A DNA stretch of 64,000 nucleotides from Eledone cirrhosa (lineage: Eukaryota): contig OZ024741.1 of the NCBI GenBank assembly GCA_964016885.1, forward strand, positions 100,378,001 through 100,442,000, in the 5' to 3' direction. The translations under genes were made by a program, and so were the position numbers. A model generated the notes under the pieces. The model made no database searches, was not told the origin of the DNA, and saw only the letters and a list, made by a program, of their open reading frames with translations. Positions 55,401 through 64,000 of this stretch are shown here, piece after piece. Every line of letters starts with the position of its first letter. The first letter of the stretch is position 1.

Positions 55401-58400
55401 TGTAGTATTTTACATAGGTGGTGCTTTATGTCCTAGTGTGTTAAGTTGTAGTATTTTACATAGGTTGTGCTTTATGTCCTAGTGTGTTATGTTGTAGTAT
55501 TTTACATAGGGGTGCTTTATGTCCTAGTGTGTTATGTTGTAGTGTTTTACATAGGTAGTGCTTTATGTCCTAGTGTGTTATGTTGTAGTGTTTTACATAG
55601 GTGGTGCTTTATGTCCTAGTGTGTTATGTTGTAGTGTTTTACATAGGTGCTGCTTTATGTCCTAGTGTGTTATGTTGTAGTGTTTTACATAGGTGGTGCT
55701 TTATGTCCTAGTGTGTTATGTTGTAGTGTTTTACATAGGTGGTGCTTTATGTCCTAGTGTGTTATGTTGTAGTGTTTTACATAGGTGGTGCTTTATGTCC
55801 TAGTGTGTTATGTTGTAGTGTTTTACATAGGTGGTGCTTTATGTCCTAATGTGTTATGTTGTAGTGTTTTACATAGGTGGTGCTTTATGTCCTAGTGTGT
55901 TATGTTGTAGTAGTTTACATAGGTTGTGCTTTATGTCCTAGTGTGTTATGTTGTAATATTTTACATAGGGGGTGCTTTATGTCCTAGTGTGTTATTTTGT
56001 AGTGTTTTACATAGGTAGTGCTTTATGTCCTAGTGTGTTATGTTGTAGTGTTTTACATAGGTGGTGCTTTATGTCCTAGTGTGTTATGTTGTAGTGTTTT
56101 TCATAGGTGGTGCTTTATGTCCTAATGTGTTATGTTGTAGTGTTTTACATAGGTGGTGCTTTATGACGTAGTGTGTTATGTTGTAGTATTTTACATAGGG
56201 GGTGCTTTATGTCCTAGTGTGTTATTTTGTAGTGTTTTACATAGGTAGTGCTTTATGTCCTAGTGTGTTATGTTGTAGTGTTTTACATAGGTGGTGCTTT
56301 ATGTCCTAGTGTGTTATGTTGTAGTGTTTTACATAGGTGGTGCTTTATGTCCTAGTGTGTTATGTTCTAGTATTTTACATAGGTGGTGCTGTATGCCCTA
56401 GTGTGTTATGTTCTAGTATTTTACATAGGTGGTGCTTTATGTCCTAGTGTGTTATGTTGTAGTATGTTACATAGGTGGTGCTTTATGTCCTAGTGTGTTA
56501 TGTGGTAGTGTTTTACATAGGTGGTGCTTTATGTCCTAGTGTGTTATGTTGTAGTGTTTTACATAGGTGGTGCTTTATGTCCTAGTGTGTTATGTTGTAG
56601 TATTTTACATAGGTGGTGCTTTATGTCCTAGTGTGTTATGTTGTAGTATTTTACATAGGTTGTGCTTTATGTCCTAGTGTGTTATGTTGTAGTATTTTAC
56701 ATAGGGGTGCTTTATGTCCTAGTGTGTTATGTTGTAGTGTTTTACATAGGTAGTGCTTTATGTCCTAGTGTGTTATGTTGTAGTGTTTTACATAGGTGGT
56801 GCTTTATGTCCTAGTGTGTTATGTTGTAGTGTTTTACATAGGTGCTGCTTTATGTCCTAGTGTGTTATGTTGTAGTGTTTTACATAGGTGGTGCTTTATG
56901 TCCTAGTGTGTTATGTTGTAGTGTTTTACATAGGTGGTGCTTTATGTCCTAGTGTGTTATGTTGTAGTGTTTTACATAGGTGGTGCTTTATGTCCTAGTG
57001 TGTTATGTTGTAGTGTTTTACATAGGTGGTGCTTTATGTCCTAATGTGTTATGTTGTAGTGTTTTACATAGGTGGTGCTTTATGTCCTAGTGTGTTATGT
57101 TGTAGTAGTTTACATAGGTTGTGCTTTATGTCCTAGTGTGTTATGTTGTAATATTTTACATAGGGGGTGCTTTATGTCCTAGTGTGTTATTTTGTAGTGT
57201 TTTACATAGGTAGTGCTTTTTGTCCTAGTGTGTTATGTTGTAGTGTTTTACATAGGTGGTGCTTTATGTCCTAGTGTGTTATGTTGTAGTGTTTTTCATA
57301 GGTGGTGCTTTATTTCCTAATGTGTTATGTTGTAGTGTTTTACATAGGTGGTGCTTTATGACGTAGTGTGTTATGTTGTAGTATTTTACATAGGGGGTGC
57401 TTTATGTCCTAGTGTGTTATTTTGTAGTGTTTTACATAGGTAGTGTAATATGTCCTACTGCGTTATGTTGTAGTATTTTTTATAGGTGGTGCTTTATGTC
57501 CTAGTGTGTTATGTTGTAGTGTTTTACATGGGTGGTGCTTTATGTCCTAGTGTGTTATATTGTAGTGTTTTACATAGGTGATGCTTTATGTCCTAGTGTG
57601 TTATGTTGTAGTGTTTTACATAGGTGGTGCTCTATGTCCTAGTGTGTTATGTTGTAGTATTTTACATAGGTGGTGCTTTATATCCTAGTGTGTTATGTTG
57701 TAGTATTTTACATAGGTGGTGCTTAATGTCCTAGTGTGTTATGTTGTAGTGTTTTACATAGGTGATGCTTTATGTCCTAGTGTGTTATGTTGTAGTGTTT
57801 TACATAGGTGGTGCTTTATGTCCTAGTGTGTTATGTTCTAGTATTTTACATAGGTGGTGCTGTATGCCCTAGTGTGTTATGTTCTAGTATTTTACATAGG
57901 TGGTGCTTTATGTCCTAGTGTGTTATGTTGTAGTATGTTACATAGGTGGTGCTTTATGTCCTAGTGTGTTATGTGGTAGTGTTTTACATAGGTGGTGCTT
58001 TATGTCCTAGTGTGTTATGTTGTAGTGTTTTACATAGGTGGTGCTTTATGTCCTAGTGTGTTATGTTGTAGTATTTTACATAGGTGGTGCTTTATGTCCT
58101 AGTGTGTTATGTTGTAGTATTTTACATAGGTTGTGCTTTATGTCCTAGTGTGTTATGTTGTAGTATTTTACATAGGGGTGCTTTATGTCCTAGTGTGTTA
58201 TGTTGTAGTGTTTTACATAGGTAGTGCTTTATGTCCTAGTGTGTTATGTTGTAGTGTTTTACATAGGTGGTGCTTTATGTCCTAGTGTGTTATGTTGTAG
58301 TGTTTTACATAGGTGCTGCTTTATGTCCTAGTGTGTTATGTTGTAGTGTTTTACATAGGTGGTGCTTTATGTCCTAGTGTGTTATGTTGTAGTGTTTTAC

Positions 58401-58780
58401 ATAGGTGGTGCTTTATGTCCTAGTGTGTTATGTTGTAGTGTTTTACATAGGTGGTGCTTTATGTCCTAGTGTGTTATGTTGTAGTGTTTTACATAGGTGG
58501 TGCTTTATGTCCTAATGTGTTATGTTGTAGTGTTTTACATAGGTGGTGCTTTATGTCCTAGTGTGTTATGTTGTAGTAGTTTACATAGGTTGTGCTTTAT
58601 GTCCTAGTGTGTTATGTTGTAATATTTTACATAGGGGGTGCTTTATGTCCTAGTGTGTTATTTTGTAGTGTTTTACATAGGTAGTGCTTTATGTCCTAGT
58701 GTGTTATGTTGTAGTGTTTTACATAGGTGGTGCTTTATGTCCTAGTGTGTTATGTTGTAGTGTTTTTCATAGGTGGTGCT
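52440..58780. repeat. Block duplication with a 3,033-bp offset, containing an internal 367-bp (8-monomer) duplication
   Basis: Private variant TTCCTAAT occurs at 54281/57314 and GTAGTGTAAT at 54407/57440 (offset 3,033). The AGGGGTG deletion monomer occurs at 55141 and 55508 (offset 367). Outer boundaries are approximate. Confidence 0.7.
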
Positions 58781-59239
58781 TTATGTCCTAATGTGTTATG
58801 TTGTAGTGTTTTACATAGGTGGTGCTTTATGACGTAGTGTGTTATGTTGTAGTATTTTACATAGGGGGTTCTTTATGTCCTAGTGTGTTATGTTGTAGTA
58901 TTTTACATAGGTGGTGCATTATGTCCTAGTGTGTTATGTTGTAGTGTTTTACATAGGTGGTGCTTTATGTCCTAGTGTGTTATGTTGTAGTGTTTTACAT
59001 AGGTGGTGCTTTATGTCCTAATGTTTTATGTTGTAGTGTTTTACATAGGTGGTGATTTATGTCCTAGTGTATTATGTTGTAGTATTTTACATAGGTTGTG
59101 CTTTATGTCCTAGTGTGTTATGTTGTAGTATTTTACATAGGGGGTGCTTTATGTCCTAGTGTGTTATTTTGTAGTGTTTTACATAGGTAGTGCTTTATGT
59201 CCTAGTGTGTTATGTTGTAGTGTTTTACATAGGTGGTGC

Positions 59240-62200
59240 TTTATGTCCTAGTGTGTTATGTTGTAGTGTTTTACATAGGTGGTGCTTTATGTCCTAGTGT
59301 GTTATGTTGTAGTGTTTTACATAGGTGGTTCTTTATGTCCTAGTGTGTTATGTTGTAGTATTTTACATAGGTGGTGCTTTATGTCTTAGTGTGTTATGTT
59401 GTAGTGTTTTACATAGGTGGTGCTTTATGTCCTAGTGTGTTATGTTGTAGTGTTTTACATAGGTAGTGTAATATGTCCTACTGCGTTATGTTGTAGTATT
59501 TTACATAGGTGGTGCTTTATGTCCTAGTGTGTTATGTTGTAGTGTTTTACATGGGTGGTGCTTTATGTCCTAGTGTGTTATATTGTAGTGTTTTACATAG
59601 GTGATGCTTTATGTCCTAGTGTGTTATGTTGTAGTGTTTTACATAGGTGGTGCTCTATGTCCTAGTGTGTTATGTTGTAGTATTTTACATAGGTGGTGCT
59701 TTATATCCTAGTGTGTTATGTTGTAGTATTTTACATAGGTGGTGCTTAATGTCCTAGTGTGTTATGTTGTAGTGTTTTACATAGGTGATGCTTTATGTCC
59801 TAGTGTGTTATGTTGTAGTGTTTTACATAGGTGGTGCTTTATGTCCTAGTGTGTTATGTTCTAGTATTTTACATAGGTGGTGCTGTATGCCCTAGTGTGT
59901 TATGTTCTAGTATTTTACATAGGTGGTGCTTTATGTCCTAGTGTGTTATGTTGTAGTATGTTACATAGGTGGTGCTTTATGTCCTAGTGTGTTATGTGGT
60001 AGTGTTTTACATAGGTGGTGCTTTATGTCCTAGTGTGTTATGTTGTAGTGTTTTACATAGGTGGTGCTTTATGTCCTAGTGTGTTATGTTGTAGTATTTT
60101 ACATAGGTGGTGCTTTATGTCCTAGTGTGTTATGTTGTAGTATTTTACATAAGTTGTGCTTTATGTCCTAGTGTGTTATGTTGTAGTATTTTACATAGGG
60201 GTGCTTTATGTCCTAGTGTGTTATGTTGTAGTGTTTTACATAGGTAGTGCTTTATGTCCTAGTGTGTTATGTTGTAGTGTTTTACATAGGTGGTGCTTTA
60301 TGTCCTAGTGTGTTATGTTGTAGTGTTTTACATAGGTGCTGCTTTATGTCCTAGTGTGTTATGTTGTAGTGTTTTACATAGGTGGTGCTTTATGTCCTAG
60401 TGTGTTATGTTGTAGTGTTTTACATAGGTGGTGCTTTATGTCCTAGTGTGTTATGTTGTAGTGTTTTACATAGGTGGTGCTTTATGTCCTAGTGTGTTAT
60501 GTTGTAGTGTTTTACATAGGTGGTGCTTTATGTCCTAATGTGTTATGTTGTAGTGTTTTACATAGGTGGTGCTTTATGTCCTAGTGTGTTATGTTGTAGT
60601 AGTTTACATAGGTTGTGCTTTATGTCCTAGTGTGTTATGTTGTAATATTTTACATAGGGGGTGCTTTATGTCCTAGTGTGTTATTTTGTAGTGTTTTACA
60701 TAGGTAGTGCTTTATGTCCTAGTGTGTTATGTTGTAGTGTTTTACATAGGTGGTGCTTTATGTCCTAGTGTGTTATGTTGTAGTGTTTTTCATAGGTGGT
60801 GCTTTATGTCCTAATGTGTTATGTTGTAGTGTTTTACATAGGTGGTGCTTTATGACGTAGTGTGTTATGTTGTAGTATTTTACATAGGGGGTGCTTTATG
60901 TCCTAGTGTGTTATTTTGTAGTGTTTTACATAGGTAGTGCTTTATGTCCTAGTGTGTTATGTTGTAGTGTTTTACATAGGTGGTGCTTTATGTCCTAGTG
61001 TGTTATGTTGTAGTGTTTTACATAGGTGGTGCTTTATGTCCTAGTGTGTTATGTTGTAGTGTTTTACATAGGTGATGCTTTATGTCCTAGTGTGTTATGT
61101 TGTAGTGTTTTACATAGGTGGTGCTCTATGTCCTAGTGTGTTATGTTGTAGTATTTTACATAGGTGGTGCTTTATATCCTAGTGTGTTATGTTGTAGTAT
61201 TTTACATAGGTGGTGCTTAATGTCCTAGTGTGTTATGTTATAGTGTTTTACATAGGTGATGCTTTATGTCCTAATGTGTTATGTTGTAGTGTTTTACATA
61301 GGTGGTGCTTTATGTCCTAGTGTGTTATGCTGTAGTGTTTTACATACGTGGTGCTTTATGTCCTAGTGTGTTATGTTGTAGTGTTTTACATAGGTGGTGC
61401 TTTATGTCCTAGTGTGTTATGTTGTAGTATGTTACATAGGTGGTGCTTTATGTCCTAGTGTGTTATGTGGTAGTGTTTTACATAGGTGGTGCTTTATGTC
61501 CTAGTGTGTTATGTTGTAGTGTTTTACATAGGTGGTGCTTTATGTCCTAGTGTGTTATGTTGTAGTATTTTACATAGGTGGTGCTTTATGTCCTAGTGTG
61601 TTATGTTGTAGTATTTTACATAGGTTGTGCTTTATGTCCTAGTGTGTTATGTTGTAGTATTTTACATAGGGGTGCTTTATGTCCTAGTGTGTTATGTTGT
61701 AGTGTTTTACATAGGTAGTGCTTTATGTCCTAGTGTGTTATGTTGTAGTGTTTTACATAGGTGGTGCTTTATGTCCTAGTGTGTTATGTTGTAGTGTTTT
61801 ACATAGGTGCTGCTTTATGTCCTAGTGTGTTATGTTGTAGTGTTTTAAATAGGTGGTGTTTTATGTCCTAGTGTGTTATGTTGTAGTGTTTTACATAGGT
61901 GGTGCTTTATGTCCTAGTGTGTTATGTTGTAGTGTTTTACATAGGTGGTGCTTTATGTCCTAGTGTGTTATGTTGTAGTGTTTTACATAGGTGGTGCTTT
62001 ATGTCCTAATGTGTTATGTTGTATTGTTTTACATAGGTGGTGCTTTATGTCCTAGTGTGTTATGTTGTAGTAGTTTACATAGGTTGTGCTTTATGTCCTA
62101 GTGTGTTATGTTGTAATATTTTACATAGGGGGTGCTTTATGTCCTAGTGTGTTATTTTGTAGTGTTTTACATAGGTAGTGCTTTATGTCCTAGTGTGTTA

Positions 62201-64000
62201 TGTTGTAGTGTTTTACATAGGTGGTGCTTTATGTCCTAGTGTGTTATGTTGTAGTGTTTTTCATAGGTGGTGCTTTATGTCCTAATGTGTTATGTTGTAG
62301 TGTTTTACATAGGTGGTGCTTTATGACGTAGTGTGTTATGTTGTAGTATTTTACATAGGGGGTGCTTTATGTCCTAGTGTGTTATTTTGTAGTGTTTTAC
62401 ATAGGTAGTGCTTTATGTCCTAGTGTGTTATGTTGTAGTGTTTTACATAGGTTATGCTTTAGGTCCTAGTGTGTTATGTTGTAGTGTTTTACATAGGTGG
62501 TGCTTTATGTCCTAGTGTGTTATGTTGTAGTGTTTTACATAGGTGGTTCTTTATGTCCTAGTGTGTTATGTTGTAGTATTTTACATAGGTGGTGCTTTAT
62601 GTCTTAGTGTGTTATGTTGTAGTGTTTTACATAGGTGGTGCTTTATGTCCTAGTGTGTTATGTTGTAGTGTTTTACATAGGTAGTGTAATATGTCCTACT
62701 GCGTTATGTTGTAGTATTTTACATAGGTGGTGCTTTATGTCCTAGTGTGTTATGTTGTAGTGTTTTACATGGGTGGTGCTTTATGTCCTAGTGTGTTATA
62801 TTGTAGTGTTTTACATAGGTGATGCTTTATGTCCTAGTGTGTTATGTTGTAGTGTTTTACATAGGTGGTGCTCTATGTCCTAGTGTGTTATGTTGTAGTA
62901 TTTTACATAGGTGGTGCTTTATATCCTAGTGTGTTATGTTGTAGTATTTTACATAGGTGGTGCTTAATGTCCTAGTGTGTTATGTTGTAGTGTTTTACAT
63001 AGGTGATGCTTTATGTCCTAGTGTGTTATGTTGTAGTGTTTTACATAGGTGGTGCTTTATGTCCTAGTGTGTTATGTTCTAGTATTTTACATAGGTGGTG
63101 CTGTATGCCCTAGTGTGTTATGTTCTAGTATTTTACATAGGTGGTGCTTTATGTCCTAGTGTGTTATGTTGTAGTATGTTACATAGGTGGTGCTTTATGT
63201 CCTAGTGTGTTATGTGGTAGTGTTTTACATAGGTGGTGCTTTATGTCCTAGTGTGTTATGTTGTAGTGTTTTACATAGGTGGTGCTTTATGTCCTAGTGT
63301 GTTATGTTGTAGTATTTTACATAGGTGGTGCTTTATGTCCTAGTGCGTTATGTTGTAGTATTTTACATAAGTTGTGCTTTATGTCCTAGTGTGTTATGTT
63401 GTAGTATTTTACATAGGGGTGCTTTATGTCCTAGTGTGTTATGTTGTAGTGTTTTACATAGGTAGTGCTTTATGTCCTAGTGTGTTATGTTGTAGTGTTT
63501 TACATAGGTGGTGCTTTATGTCCTAGTGTGTTATGTTGTAGTGTTTTACATAGGTGCTGCTTTATGTCCTAGTGTGTTATGTTGTAGTGTTTTACATAGG
63601 TGGTGCTTTATGTCCTAGTGTGTTATGTTGTAGTGTTTTACATAGGTGGTGCTTTATGTCCTAGTGTGTTATGTTGTAGTGTTTTACATAGGTGGTGCTT
63701 TATGTCCTAGTGTGTTATGTTGTAGTGTTTTACATAGGTGGTGCTTTATGTCCTAATGTGTTATGTTGTAGTGTTTTACATAGGTGGTGCTTTATGTCCT
63801 AGTGTGTTATGTTGTAGTAGTTTACATAGGTTGTGCTTTATGTCCTAGTGTGTTATGTTGTAATATTTTACATAGGGGGTGCTTTATGTCCTAGTGTGTT
63901 ATTTTGTAGTGTTTTACATAGGTAGTGCTTTATGTCCTAGTGTGTTATGTTGTAGTGTTTTACATAGGTGGTGCTTTATGTCCTAGTGTGTTATGTTGTA
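59240..64000. repeat. Block duplication with a 3,218-bp offset (70 monomers minus 2 bp), second copy truncated by the window end
   Basis: GTAGTGTAAT occurs at 59463/62681 and the private variant AAGTTG at 60151/63369. Confidence 0.75.

Larger units (their letters stand above)
1..64000. repeat. Tandem satellite array of a 46-bp monomer (consensus GTGTTATGTTGTAGTGTTTTACATAGGTGGTGCTTTATGTCCTAGT), about 1,390 copies, extending beyond both window edges
   Basis: The monomer start recurs at 1, 47, ... 231 (5x46) and the pattern continues to 64000. Most monomers differ from consensus by 0-2 substitutions. The only length variants I saw are 45-bp monomers with a 1-bp deletion. Consensus composition is 22 T, 13 G, 7 A, 4 C (37% GC, 76% G+T on the + strand). 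Confidence 0.99.

Noticed and set aside
1-64000. Protein-coding repeat (e.g. a giant repetitive ORF) on either strand
   Set aside because: The 46-bp period is not a multiple of 3. The minus-strand consensus has TAG or TAA in all three frames within every monomer. The plus strand has three TAGs per 138 bp in any frame, and the longest open stretch in the consensus is about 36 codons (VVLYVLVCYVVVFYIGGALCPSVLCCSVLHRWCFMS).
1-64000. ORF under a TAG- or TAR-reassigned genetic code (the consensus contains no TGA, and only TAG on the + strand)
   Set aside because: Common variants introduce TGA (GTGATG, ATGACC, TTTGAC) and TAA (CCTAAT, CTTAAT), 1-bp deletions recur freely, and variants show no codon-position pattern.
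1-64000. CRISPR array
   Set aside because: The repeats are directly abutting with no unique spacers, no leader and no cas genes.
1-64000. Canonical telomerase repeat or G-quadruplex array
   Set aside because: There is no TTAGGG-like short unit. The consensus has only two GG dinucleotides per 46 bp, and block-wise inheritance of variants indicates recombinational amplification rather than templated addition.
1-64000. A single fixed higher-order repeat across the window
   Set aside because: Marker spacings vary widely (8 to 102 monomers). Only local periods recur.
1-64000. Variants as random sequencing noise, or the G/A dimorphism at monomer position 16 as an information-bearing code
   Set aside because: Variants recur in the same order at exact offsets, so most are real and inherited by duplication. 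That same duplication history explains the pattern without invoking any encoded function.
1-64000. Embedded mobile element, inversion or unique island
   Set aside because: On reading through, every line conformed to the 46-bp register on the same strand. A very short insertion could have been missed by eye.

Overview
The whole 64-kb window is one uninterrupted, head-to-tail tandem array (satellite or giant minisatellite) of a 46-bp monomer, consensus GTGTTATGTTGTAGTGTTTTACATAGGTGGTGCTTTATGTCCTAGT. There are about 1,390 copies, all in the same orientation, and the array runs off both ends of the window. I saw no genes, RNA genes, transposons, CRISPR spacers or unique sequence, and all six frames are closed by recurring stops. 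The interest lies in nested structure. (i) The monomer is itself three diverged 15/16/15-bp subrepeats. (ii) Point variants form a readable code showing block duplications from about 0.4 to 4.7 kb rather than one fixed higher-order repeat. (iii) The variant repertoire turns over from left to right. (iv) The consensus lacks CpG in a way that suggests a deaminated ancestral CpG. The organism, chromosomal position and function cannot be determined from this sequence. I find no support for a new protein-coding system. Spacings were counted by hand from diagnostic variants, and block boundaries are approximate.
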